From: Raillietiella orientalis
Taxonomy: Eukaryota
NCBI GenBank assembly: GCA_036172245.1
Contig: JAYWIR010000019.1
Location: 1,178,001-1,242,000, forward strand
DNA: 64,000 bases
Direction: 5' to 3'
The notes under the pieces were generated by a model. That model worked only from the letters and a program-made list of their open reading frames with translations. It ran no database searches and was not told the DNA's origin. A program made the translations under genes and the position numbers. Below are positions 1 through 13,010 of the stretch, in pieces (position 1 is the first letter of the stretch; the number at the start of each line of letters is the position of its first letter).

Positions 1-39
1 GGGGTTAGGTGAGTCCCGTCTGTCTGCATATTGGCGAGG

Positions 40-135
40 CGACAGGACCGATGTTGGCTCTGCCATAGTGGGGCCTTGTACCACGAATGTAGGTAGAGTT
101 TGTAACCAAACGCCCCTGCCTGACCGGGAAACAAA
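40..135 (+). mobile_element. 3' terminus of an L1/Tx1-like element entering from the left edge
   Basis: gccatagtggggccttgtaccacgaatgta...aaacgcccctgcctgaccggg aligns with the 3'UTR end of 25525-27695. Confidence 0.65.
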
Positions 136-474
136 TTTGAAGCGCATTTCTGAGCGTTCATGCCTATTAGATCAATAATGGGGTGATGAATTTTATCGCT
201 GGTCACATCCCTTGTATTGCCTTATCACAGGCACACAAGTATGTGGGCAGGAAGACATCTGCCAGGAGGTGAGTGCCACACTAGACAGTGATTGCTTGTC
301 TCAGAATGGCAGAAAGTGGACGCAATAAAAACCTTCTATCCCAGCGTATTCGAGAGGTTGGGAACTCACCGGAAGGAGGAATGGCAGCATGTCGACGAGG
401 AAGTCAAGAAAAAGATAAAACACAGCTCACACCTACCATCCGTAGGGAAGTGAGAATTACACTTACAATTACAT

Positions 475-1650
475 ACGCTGCCACGCTGCCATGGGTATCT
501 GAAAGCTATGGTCCACTTTCAAAATATAGGAGAGGACGACATTACGAGAGTGCAGTGCAATTTCCTCGTTACGCAATACAAGGAAAAATGAACACTCCAG
601 TGCTCGAAGAGATCGAGGAGATACAGACCAGCACAGTCACTGTGACGAGTCACAAGTCAATAATATTTTTCGAACTGCTTGAGAAAGTCTTCTTCATTCA
701 GTGAGTAATCCGAGGCTAACAAAACTGGGTATATATCCGTGGCTGTAAGTCTGTCCATTCGACCCTGAGTTTCCAAGATTGAAATAGGTGAGCTAAAATA
801 GTATGGAACGGCCTTGCTGTGGATCCGGCTCATGGAAAGCAAGCACTCCATGATGAGAAAAAAGCAAAAACTTCTCCCAGACTTGGCTAGACCGCAAACT
901 CCTGGTGGCAAGAAGCAAAAGTGTTCCTAATAAACAGGAATCTTCCAGCATTCCCCGAGATATTACTCAACTGAGCATGATACAGATCCCAAACCCTCAT
1001 TTTCTATGGCTCATGACATCCACACAGCAACTTGAACCACAAAGTAAATCATGCTAGCAATTCAGTGACATCTCTTTCACAAACTTTTGGCAAACATCGG
1101 CACTACAAACGGCCAATTTCCCAAAGGAAATGCAAGAGAACTCAGAAGAGTTCTTCAATATTGAAGAAGTACATATGTTCCTCTCAGTACCATGCACGAA
1201 GTGTATATAACAAAAGCGTAGAATCACTACTCATTCTGGACATTAGTACCCTATCATTCCAAACGTGGGCAACTATGCAATCCATAGCCTGAAGGTCTGG
1301 ATGACACCGTGCCGTAATCAACCCATCCAACCCACTCACAAAAGCAGCTACATGTGAGCAACGAAAGCTGGAGGAGTCCTCGTAAAAGTGAACACGCTGC
1401 CACGCTGCCATGGGTACCCCAAACCTATGGTCCACTTTGGAGCCATAGGATAGTGTTACACATTACGAGAGTGTAATGTTAGACATTAAGAGAGCGTATT
1501 ACCTCGTTGCGCAATACGCCGAGTTTTTAATCCATGCTAGCAATTCACTGACAGCCCTCTGATAAACCTTTTGCACACATCGGAACTACTAGCTGCTAAT
1601 TTCCCAAAGGAAGTGCAGGACAACTCATTTTCTGGGCTCATGACAGCCAC
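475..1650 (+). repeat. Diverged local duplication in rearranged blocks
   Basis: 475-579 resembles 1394-1517; 1047-1144 resembles 1529-1627; 996-1023 resembles 1624-1650. Confidence 0.8.
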
Positions 1651-2949
1651 GAAGAAACCTGATACCCGATCATGTGGAGAAGCATCTGCGATCAGTGTCA
1701 TTACGAACTGTCAAGGCAGCGTCTGCTGCTATATCAGGTATGTTAGTTCTGTTTGTGGAGCGGTTTGTGTGTATATATAGATATGGCCATTGGGAGACAT
1801 TCGCCCGACAAATTCACAATCTTTCTTTTTGAGATTGCCACTATGATGTCAAGCATGTCTGTGTGTGATATATTAAGAGCCCTTGTTTGCTCTGGGTTAG
1901 TATTGCTTGTATCCACTGTGGTTAAACAAAAATATTGATTTTGAAATCTATATCGTATCGTTATTCGAAATGCAATATGGTAACGGACGTAATTGATGAG
2001 CAATTGGTGTTGGATGAAGACGAGCTGATAATGTGGTGTTATATGTCGTTAATCCTGTCCTCATCCTGGTTCACCATGTCCTTTGTATTTTTAGCCGGAT
2101 GGCATTACATATTACCACTTGTCTCGAGACAGCCACAAAGCAAACTGATAGCAGGTCAAGTGGAGAAGCATCTACTCTAACAAGCTAAAGAAAGATGCGA
2201 GAGCCAAAAGCTCAAAGACGTGTGGCAACGAAACCGTCGCGTGGCCTCAAAGTAACAGCGATTCCTCACTCAATCATATGTAAACCAGAGAAAGGCACCC
2301 AACGCAATGAAGCAGTACCTAAGCAATAAAAAAGCGAAACGCAGTGAAGGAGAAACAGTCGTCTCCTGAACATCTCGCATTCTCTCGGATTTGTTTCGAG
2401 ATTCTCATTCAACGATGAGACAATAATGGGTTCCAAGCCAGCTACTCAGGAATCAGCAGCAAAAGACCTCCACTCAAAGAGCCCCACGATCTCGGTTTGC
2501 CACGTGGTGCAAGCCCCTCTCTGGAGGAATTGCCAATAAAAAGAATGAGACGTACGCACCGAGCGGGTCATCCTCTGGACTGAGGGATCGAGGAAGGCGA
2601 TCTGGATTCAGTGGAAAGTTATGGAGGTACGGCAGAGGCCACCATTACGACAAGAAAACCGTATCCCCCGAGGGACAAACAGTGATCAGCACGACTTCTA
2701 GCTGCATCCTGATTGTCGTCTCGTGCCACACTAGTGCGAACATGCCACTCTCATGCTTAAACTGGAGAACCGCTGTTTACACGACAGCCTCCAGAGAAGT
2801 TCCGCGTGAAAATAGTCTCCCAAAAGGGTGCGGGTCTTGGAAGCGAGAAGGACACCTAGGGCGCTGCTTAAACCACAAAGGTTCCAGCTTGCATTTCCCC
2901 CTAAGAATCTTCAATGGTGCCAGTCACTGCAGAGAAGAGAGATGTGCCA

Positions 2950-4150
2950 TTTCAACGGGCTACGAACGGCACTGCTAACGTCCCGCCGTTACTCTCCGCG
3001 CAATTCAATGCTGGCAGGAGCGCATCCAGCACACCTCCCATGTCCCGCTTCCAGCGATCAGGAGTAAAGACATTGGCCTCAGCAACAGTGTAAGTGCACA
3101 GAGATGGCAACGGGACTCGTGTACTTCTATGGATTCCCCCATGATAAACTGTTCCAGTCGAACTGGAAGAAGAAAGCCGAACAGGATGGATGAGAAGGTA
3201 AATGTAGGAGGAACAAATGAATAAACCGTGCTCTTCAAGAGGCACAGATAGCACGGAAACCTATGTATCTTCGTCCTTATCGCGAGCTAGGCTGCTGAAG
3301 CAACGAAACAAAAAGAGTTCTCGCATGTTACAAATTTTCTGTCTCCAGAACGACTCATGCACGAGCCATGTCTCCATGTCACTACAAGGAGCGTAAGTTG
3401 TCTCCCCCATCGCCGCCGTTATACCGAGTGTGTCACATCTCCAGCTTCCTTATCCCTAAACTCTCGAGCGGGTGCAATGAAAAACAGAATCGACGTACAA
3501 GTTCAGTCGATCCTTCGCAGGCATGCTGCAATGAGAGATGCAGTCCTCGGGAGCAACCGGGTTTCGTTCGTGGGTCGCCGTGCGGTGAGGATTAACAACT
3601 GAAGATAACTTCGAGTATGTGACACGGGACTTCCCGACGTCAAGAAAAAGCAGCACATGAAAAGAAAACGAGCTGTCCCTTAACCATCTTTGAAGATGAG
3701 AAAAAGGCAACGGATGGGCCGTGATACGACAAACCCACAGACGCCAAAAGGCGATGGAAACTTCCACTAGGCACAAAACGGTTCTGAGCATCGCTCAGAA
3801 AATGTTTTGAATCCGCAACGAGGCTGCTTTTCGACGCAAACCTAGCAAGTGCTGATGGGCAATGGTTTCCTGTGGAACCTGGGCTCTCTATGCAACCCTC
3901 GTGCAGGCATCGGAAAAGTTCCCTAGTCGGTTCTTACATAAATCTGCTACCACCCTTCGTCCCCTCGAAGAACAATGATGAAATGATAGTCGTCGGAAGC
4001 ACGAGGAGAGGGCAACAGTAGCAAAGTAGCACAGATAGCACCCGTGCTCATTGGGAAAAACTGCAAGCAGAGGGTGACCGCGGGATGTGGAAATTCTGGT
4101 TGCAGTGTGAGAAGCAGATGTCAACGACGGACGTTGTATATTATCCACAT
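2950..4150 (-). mobile_element. Two very decayed LINE zinc-finger/3' remnants
   Basis: Two CYLC motifs with shared DNA gcacagatagcac (3242 and 4029), the first followed by HLFL. Confidence 0.4.
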
Positions 4151-4299
4151 GCGGATAGTGACGTCCCTTTTAGCTCGTAGAAAAGCGAGAAAGCGTCCAA
4201 GAGAAAGTGACTGAAGCTGCTATACACCAGAAAAATCACACTCGCATTGACAAAACGTTTTCTCCACGAGAGAACTAAATTAGACGCCCGAAACGGGCA

Positions 4300-5390
4300 A
4301 TGGTCACTTGATAGCGGCAAGGTTATTCGGCGCCTTCATCCATCTTCTTTCCCTGTTCAACGATCGGATGCTCAAACACCCTGCAGAATGCACACGAAAT
4401 CCCCACCCTGCAGCACAAAGGAAGCAACGAATCCTTACAAATGGCATGTGTCGGCAATTCGGATCCCAGTGCCAGCTCGCGGGTAATCCTGGCATTCTGG
4501 CAGTAGAAAAAAATTGGGAAAAAGCTTGGCGCGCCTTCCGGGTGTGCACATCGCCCTGCTCGATCATCCTGGGATTTGCATCCGCCACGCGGACACGCAA
4601 AACTTCTAACCAGGATCGAGCCTTTCCGAGCTAGGAGCTCCCTGGTGGAACAGCGCGCAGCCATGCGCTTACCTCTCTGCATTCAGTTGGCGAGACGCCC
4701 GTTATCCCAGGTGGCACAACTGCCTCTTTCCACCACTGCCCGTGTACGAGGGCCTCACCAGCGCTGCGGCACTCTGCACAGAAGAAATGGCATCCCTGTT
4801 GAGGGCGCAGCATACTCGCTGCCGAAGAACCACCAGTCGCTTCCAGACTTCGCCGACAACGATCCGCCACCTCTTTTATCCGTGGGAGGCACCCTACTTG
4901 CTACCAGTGCTGCCAAAGGTTCCGACTTCCTGCGGGTGCCGATTGCTTGCACCGCCCGAGGGTACGCAGCACCCTCGGCACTGTCGCACCGATGTGGCGA
5001 TGTTCAAACCCGCTGACTCACAGCACCCGCACAAGGCGGCTTTGCACGCTGTTCGGGTTGTTGCATTTGATGGAAGGACCAGGAGAAGGTCGCAACGAGT
5101 CGCTAGATCACATCAAGCCAGGGTTCCTTGACGCTCTGCTCCTCCCGCAGTGGGTGTGTTGGGGGTTGCCTTTGCGAGCTTGGCAGGGCGATTCCGGAAT
5201 CCTGGATGGAGGATCGCAGCGTCATCTTCGCGCTTCCAGCCTCTTTCGGAGTAGCTTCGTACCCCAGCGTGCGACGCATGCCGCGTGGAGTTGCCGTCGC
5301 TACGGCAGGCTGCAGATATTCCCGGAACAGTCGCCTTTGGCTCCGAAGCGGCAGAAGCTAATTAGAAAACCTTCCTTTTTCCCTGAATCG
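4300..5390 (+). mobile_element. Decayed L1/Tx1-like ORF2 3' fragment
   Basis: Frameshifted remnants GNPGILAVEK, LHAVRVVA..., NESLDH and GSQRHLRASSLF follow the same order as the intact ORF's C-terminal half. Confidence 0.55.
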
Positions 5391-8300
5391 AATTGACAGG
5401 AAAGGGTTAGCGGGGCGTCGCAATTGCGAAAGCCGGCGTGCCAGCGTGTGCGCAGCGCCGTGGCTGTTCAAGCGCTGTTGCAGAAGGCGTGTTCTCCAGG
5501 TCGGAATTCGGGTCGCCCAGCTTTGGTGGGAGGAAATGCTGGAAGTGCCGTGAAGAGTCTGTAAATCCAGGAGCCAAGAAACGCCTCCCCTTAAGGTTGG
5601 CGCCGGTAGACGAATCCCCGATATCCCTGTAGGGACTGTCTGGTGATGTCGGTTCGTTGGCACGTTGGCAAGGTGATTGCGCCACGCTCGCGGCAGTTGC
5701 AGCTGTCACCGCGTACGGGTCCAGTTGGGCTGCATTCCAAAGACCTTCAGCAGGGATGCATTTATTAATATACAGATCTGTACACCGATTAATGCATTGG
5801 TTGGTATGAATTGCTTCATTCATCTTCACTGTCGTTTGTTCACATTTGGTACCCAATTTTTGTATGCATTAAAATTTTATTGATTGGTCTAGCATTCGTC
5901 CTGCAAATAACCGAATGGCTAATTCCAAATGCCATCCACTTCGTTTTTTCGCAGGGTGCAAGCAGTTATAATGGATCGAGGATTGAAGTGCGCACTGCAT
6001 TTTTTCCATGTGGACGTCGGCCTCATGTCTTTTCCGTATCTTCATCTGAGCGCACATTGGACTTTCGCGTCCACGGCAACCTGCCCTTTCATTTTCGATA
6101 CGAACAGCACATCCTCGACTGCGCTTCGAGTGGGGAGATCTTTAAGTGCTACCAACGCTTGAGCATGGATACGCAGCAAGTCAGCTCTCGGCGATGCCAC
6201 CACTGGAATTCTGGTGGTCGTAAGTCAAATGCCGTTCAACCGTTTGCATCGACTTTGCTTGTTAATCCCATATTTGAACGAAACAGAACGAGAAAATTAG
6301 CTTTTAGCAGAAATATTTCACATTTCTTGTCATCGGAAAGTATCTTTTAACCTTTCTATCCTATATTAATGATAGAAACTTCATTATTGAAAGTTGGAAA
6401 CCAATCTGGTTTGAGGCGTCCCCAAATCTTGTAGTATTTCCAGTGGAAGAGACTGTTGCCAAGAATCTTTGTTACTTTGTGCATAACCACACGAACACTG
6501 TGGTCTCCAACCTCCTCCACATCAATTGAAACTCCCCATGAAAATTGCGCTGCTCCTGAACGAAGTTCCTGACTAATCCATTCGGGCGAGTTTGCTGCAT
6601 TTGTGAAAGACAGTGGTTTAGGGATGACCTCCAATCATTAAAGCCTACTTAACTTGCTGTGTTTCGTGTGGAATTTTCAGAATAAATATAGAATGGATCA
6701 ACTTCCAGACTCGGAGATTCTGCTTTCCAATGTTTCGATGATGGGAACGTACCATCCTTCTCCAGAAGGAATGGGTATGCATATCCTCCACCTCCATCGC
6801 ACGAGCCTCTTGCGGACAGGAAGAGTAAAAGTTTCGTTCCTCTAAAATTTCCGTCTACATCGTTAAAAGATGAAAAAGGTAGCGAGAGCGCTCTTAGGAC
6901 GAGAGACCAAGACTTCAGTGAGCGTTAATAAAGAATCGCCACAAGAGTTGAACGATGTTTGTGGTTTTAACGTTGCACTTGAGAAACACATCACTTATAA
7001 ATCGAACAGCCACAGGGATCTGTTATGAAGAACGGCAAAACCGTGATTCAAATACTTCATGGCAATATCGCTATGCGAACGCTACAAGATCACAGCTGAC
7101 GCTTAACTGTCAGCATCCTTGAATGGAAGTCAGTTAACAAACGGAGAGGTGAGACTGAAATCTTCAGACACAGTGATGTCGATGCACTCATAGCTCCATA
7201 GGACACAATGCCATGAAAAGACAAGAAATGTTTCGCATCTGCTACAGGACAGCACAATCGTTTTATGTCAATCGTTTACGAAGAAACCTCCCGAAGACTT
7301 GCCATTGGTCCTTGTTTACACCGGACATTCTTGGAAACATCAGGATGGTTCATGCGATGCCACGTGAGTGATGGCAATGAATGGAGGAGAAACACGAGTT
7401 CAGTGCAGAGTTACACCGCATTTTTCGTTCCATTTGGAGACGAACATCTCGCACGTGAGGATAACGAAAGCTTTGACTACGGCAATCGGTTGCATCGCTG
7501 GGACTTGAAGCATCGCAAAACCAATGATTGATGATAAAGAATTGAAGTCGAACAGTGCGTGGAAGGGAGTCTGTGCTTTGTCAGATCCATTTGCAACTTT
7601 GTTCACTATTGGCAGCAAAGGAAAAAATGCTTTTGCCTTGTGATGAGACAGCTCGCAAAGCAAACTATAGTTTTTTATGTTTGGTGCCGCCGAGGTCCGT
7701 CTTCTGCAAACTTAGCATCGTTCGAGTACAAATCAAGAAGTGGAAGATGACTGAGTTCACTGCCTTCCAGAAAACAAAGTTGGTCAGTGAACATTCCAAA
7801 ACTCGTGCTGGGTAGCCTCATAAACTTCTGGACGTTCGGATGCAAATCTTACATTCATAAAAACGAAGTTTACTTGGACGTTATCGAGTGGTCGACTACT
7901 TAAGGTGGATAAGGCTTAAATATCGGGGCAGTCCGCATGCTTATATAACCCTGTGGTACAAAAAAATCTATCCGCGGCCATGTGTTTCTGGAAGAGAGAA
8001 ACATACCCTGACTTCAACAGACAATCTCTGCAGAATTAATTATGTGCATCTTTTGAATTCATATTGAAAACAAGCGCTTCGGCGTACACTTCCTTGTTTG
8101 ACATGAACAATGAAGATTGGTGCAAATTGGAGACCTCATATTGCCTTCCGTACGAAATATTAGATAGATTTAGAAGAAACATAGTACGAGTCACTAGACC
8201 AATTTCTTGGAGAATTGACACATCCATAAAAAGGTATGTTGACATCACTCGCTGACTTAAACTGCAGTCCTGATCAAAAGGATTAAAGAACGAGTCCAGA

Positions 8301-9049
8301 CTAGTACGATCAATCCGTGGACAGCATTAGTACCAAATATGGACAATCGGTACAGTTCTTGGGAACACTCACGAGCATTATACGTATTCGATGACGTAAG
8401 CAACACCCATCGAAGTGGCAGAAGTCATCTCCATGGAGAGTTGATCAAATTGCAAGAGTTACTTGATCAAGGCTATGGTGATGTTTTCGAATTAGTAAAC
8501 TTCAAAATCACAAAGAGGGTATTCATGAATTGTGAAGAAGCTGCAGGATATCTTCTTCAAGAATTCATGCCTTATGCAAGCAGAGAACTGACATCTTGAC
8601 AAAGGAACCACATGAGAGACAAGAAAATAAGAAAAAAACAAAAAAAATAGAACGTGGAAAAGTAAGAAGAGAGTGATCAAAAGCAATTTGCATAATCAAA
8701 TTTGCATAGCGAATGAAAATATCATGTCTGGGCACGAAAATCCTCCTCAAGAAGTGGAACCAGGAGGTATCCTCTCACCAGATTTTGTCGCGAAATGCAA
8801 TGCCTTCAAGGAGTAAGACAAGATTCGAAAGTAGATGGAGATGATTCGACACCATCACTACGCAATGGTGGAACCGTCAGATTGCAAGAGCTTACTCTGG
8901 TAGCCAGCTAAATAATTAGATGTCCGAATTTTCAGATTCGAAAAATGTTCTCGAAATACACGAGTCAGAACGGAGTCAGCATCTGGAAAGTGACACGAGT
9001 CGGACATCGACATTGAGAAGACATCGGAGTTTGAACGAAATGGTGCGCT

Positions 9050-10300
9050 GAATGCACGAACGAGGAAATGCTCAAGGAAAGAAGAAAGATTGCGTTCAAT
9101 GCCGGAGAATTCTGGAACGTGTAGCAGAATAACGATAAAGTTCAATGATTACCCTCAGGTTCCCTTCAGGCTGACAGCGAGAAAGTGCACTCTAAAGTTG
9201 TGCGACCGACGGATACAGAGCGGAGGGAAGTCGTTACGGAAGTTCCCCCGTCGATCAGATGAGAGATCGACAGGAACTGAAAAACTGCTTCGAATATTCT
9301 TCTGCGGTCCAGATTGTAGAGGTAAAACATCCACCTTGAAGATAATTATGGAAACACGCCGTCGCCTTGGTCAGGCTGGCAACTCGATTCCCAAGGCAAA
9401 CGTCGCTTGCGCGTCGACAGGAGTGGCCGTTGAATTGTGCGACGGTTCATCGTGCACTCAAAATGGAGATGTCTGCAATACATGGAGATCTTCTGCGAGA
9501 AGCGGCTGAATTTGAATAGCAACAAGTTCACATGCGTTCGAGCCATCCAGGTGGACCATTCGACCACATTTGACTTTGACCTTCCATGTTATGAATCTAC
9601 GATCGTCAAAGATCAGAGTTGATTTCGATGCAAAGTGCGGTGCGCTCGCTGCAGCGGCGATTTGCGTCAGCTACCGCCGGTCCGTGCGAGGCAGACGTCC
9701 AAGCTGCACAAGAACTCGGTTGAGGGTGCAGAGCTTCCACGTTTCATGTTAACATGGCGGCCGACTGAGCAGCCGACGGTCACTGCAGTGGGTGCAAGTG
9801 CAATGAGCAGTCGATGAGCATGAGATGGAAGGTTCATCAGATGAGTGATGTGGAGGCTGAACATCTTGCGTTTACAGCACACTGGTCGAATAAAAAACCA
9901 TACATGATATAAGTAAACGTCGATATAAATTGTTTACAGTACGAAACAATCGGTAGTATCCGGGCATGCTGAAATGAAAGAAATGGCCGTCGGAATACAG
10001 TTTCAGAGTACCAACATCAAAGTGAAAGGCAAACTGTACTTTCACGTACTCTTGCAACCTGGTGCCTTGAAGAACGATTGCACCAGAGCAAGCAAGCGAA
10101 CCGCACAGTGTCTTCCAAGATTGAGACGTAGAAATGCGAGCAAATTGAATTTCTTTGGTTGCAGCACGCGCTTTTGCGGTCCATTCGTCCCACGGTTCAA
10201 CATCCGGGAAAGTTCTGCTTAAGTACAACAGGTGTCTTAAACAGCGGCTCGTCAAAGTCTCGTTGCCAAGGGTGACGAGCGTGAACGCTCCTATCTCAAC
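9050..10300 (+). pseudogene. LRR-ROC-COR (ROCO GTPase) gene relic
   Basis: In expected order: RLRSMPENSG (LRR-like), GTEKLLRIFFCGPDCRGKTS (ROC P-loop), STGVAV (switch I-like), LRLQHTGRI and VNVDINCLQYETIGSI (COR-like), GPFVPRF. Many stops and frameshifts. Confidence 0.5.
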
Positions 10301-10509
10301 AACCCGAAGGAGCGAATTTCCATCCCGTCGTCTTTGAAAATTTCCTCTCATAAGAGTCGAAATATTCGAACCATATTGGACTGCTTGGGTTGCCAGCATC
10401 TCAACATGATTTCCGTTGTTGTGATTCAGTTTTGGAACAAAGTTGCCGCTATCCGACAGTGGAACTGACATTTAATGCATAGTTCTTGCAGCTTCGACAC
10501 GAAGATATC

Positions 10510-11230
10510 ACGGTACTTGTGCAGTCAGGTGCCCTTGTGATGACCAGCACTGGGCAACAAGGCAATCGACGAGTTGGCTGTCCACGGCAGTGAAGCCATT
10601 AAGCGATTCAGAAGACCTATCTACGACGCAGCGACACCCTGCTGTTTCTGCACTGGGGTTTCCAGTGCATCCAGCGAAGGAGCAGCGTATCCAGGGGCGC
10701 TGCTGTGAACCTGGACTGTCTAAAGTGCGTCGCGATTGAATCGTTCCCTCATCTGTTTCTAAACTGCAGTGCCCTCCATGAACCTTGGAGGAGAATGAAC
10801 TTGGCATTCTTGCATACCAGAAACATGTGATGCACTTGCTGCGACGATTCCCCGCGGAAGGTGGAGCCACGCAGGCGCCGTGCTGGCGACGACATGTTGC
10901 ACCCGTGCTATCGTTGCGGTTCGCCATTTGCAGGAGTTTCGGGCGCAGGTAGCAGAGGCCGGCAGAATTGCTGTTCTCTACATGAGGACGGCTGCGAGGT
11001 TTTCTCAGCTAGACGTGGAAGTCAAAGAGCGGATTGCCAACATCCTACAGCTCTTCTGAAAGGAAGGAACGGACATTGCTGGTGACCCGCTGGTTGGCCC
11101 GCTTACCTTTTCTGTGCAATTGTTTGTTGTCCACTCCTGACCGTTCTGGTCTTTTCCCGGTGCTTCATGAATGGACGGGAAAACCCAGAGACCCTGCCCC
11201 TTCCTCCAATTCATGCTTTTGTTTTGTTCT
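10510..11230 (+). mobile_element. Decayed L1/Tx1-like 3' fragment, family B
   Basis: Nucleotide similarity to 18300-19280(-) and 29890-30310(+), e.g. ctgcactggggtttccagtgca, gattgaatcgttcc and attgccaacatcct. Confidence 0.75.
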
Positions 11231-12559
11231 TTGACCTTCTGACTCAAGCCATCTGAATTAACATAATTTATTTGCAATACTGTAGTAAAACAGCATCTTT
11301 TGAACCACCTAGCGGAAGAGCAAATGTAGGGATGGTTCCACACACTTCCTCTCGTTTAAGCACTCTATCTGTGTGCTAAAAAGAGGATGTGGATTTGTGG
11401 ATTTGGTCTTGGAGATCTTCTTCTCCATGCCTCGATATGGTCTTTCTTTACCACCTCTATGCATAGTTGATAACGTGATCTCAGCATATGGTTGACAAAA
11501 ACCATTACTACATTCATTTGAATTTTGTGTTGCTGTATTATCTCAGTCAGTCCCCATAGGTGTCCAAAGAATCCGCTGAACTTTTTGCACGTGAACTCTT
11601 AGCATCACTACCTTCCATGCAACAGAAACCATCTAGTAGGTCTAATAGATGATTCGGGATTCTTTGAGTTATTATTTATTGTTAGTTATTCTTTGGTATT
11701 TCAATAGACAGGCTGTTCTCAACACTTCTTGATGAATTTTCTGTGGGTTTTCCACTTTGCAGCTAATAACATTACTTCTTTCAGATAACTCTACTGTTGC
11801 TCTTACGTCAGTTTTCCAAAAACAGTAGCTTTTGAATCAAGTAGTTTATCTGTGCAGTATTTGTTCTAGAGAATCAAGTGTCTCCTCCATAAAGGCGAAG
11901 TGAGTGCTACCGTTTCCACCAATTTCTGCTCAAGCTGTTATAGCAACAGTAAAGATCCCTTGGCCGCCTTTCTGATGAAGTTGAAGTCTGAGTGCCATTC
12001 AACTCTTTCCTCATTCTTAAACCTTTCTGAAATTCGGAATCTGTACCCATCGTTCTCTCCAGGTGTTGCATCATGCGCTTTTTTCCGATAGACGAGAGTT
12101 TTCGCCCTTGCCCAGAACTCTGGATCTTTCGTTTGCTGTCCAAGTAAACACGTTCTTTAGATATTATGAAAGTCACAGCTATGATCACGAAATATACATG
12201 TTCATTACCTTTCATTTTTTCGATAGGGCATAATCTTCCACAAACTCGCTTGATTTCTTATTAAACTCTTCCATTCCAAGTGAACCCATTTCTTCCCTGA
12301 GTGTCGTCATGTTTTCCAACCTGTGACCTAGAAGAATAAAAATTCTGATTCAATCCTTCTTTTCGAGACATCTTTGGGATGAAAACTCGGCATTCTTAAC
12401 TTAGTCGTGCGGTTTTCTTTTGATGCACTAAAGCTGATGTTTTGATGATCAGTTTGATCGCTCTCCGACTTCTTCACTGTCATGGTAACAGTCATTTTCT
12501 TGAATGCTTGTTACTTCACGTAAACGAAAGCAGTTTAAATGCAACCTACCTTATTAAGG

Positions 12560-13010
12560 GGCCGTGCACACAGATCTTTGACTATCTTTGCCTTGAGTTC
12601 CGATGTTGACGATTCTATCAAGAGGAAATTATACCATCTTCAAATTTGCAGTTTTGACAGCAATACACAGAGCTTCTCCATTTGCATCCAGGTTTAAGGT
12701 CTGCACCTTCATAAGAAGGAATATTCTGATATCCTGATTACCCTCTCGAGCTGCAAAGAACAAATGTGTTCCCGAAATAATTGTTTCGCTATTGAATGCA
12801 GCGCTGTAATTAGGACGAACTTTGTCCACGCTTCATAATGTACCTGATGAAGCACCAAAATTGAAGGAGTGCAATGATTCGTCTCTGAGATCTCGGTATC
12901 AATGAGGATGGATGGAATCGTATCCATATTACCCCCTTGGACTGCAAAGTGTTCAAGTTTATAACCTTCCGTTTGTTTAGCATCAATGTTAGCACCATTT
13001 GCAACGAGAC
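12560..13010 (-). pseudogene. Ankyrin-repeat gene relic (~4 repeats)
   Basis: LVANGANIDAKQTEGYKLEHFAVQGGNMD, GTHLFFAAREGNQDIRIFLL and GEALCIAVKTANLKMV*FPLDRIVNI, with frameshifts and stops. Confidence 0.7.

Noticed and set aside
1..10. ggggttagg at the window start as a telomeric repeat
   Set aside because: Single unit with no array; the following sequence matches a LINE 3'UTR.
7856..7888. HKNEVYLDVIE resembling the adaptor mu-chain signature
   Set aside because: Isolated 11-aa match with no supporting flanking similarity or exon structure.
9872..10471. 199-aa minus-strand ORF
   Set aside because: Antisense to the COR-like relic, with no independent motif support.
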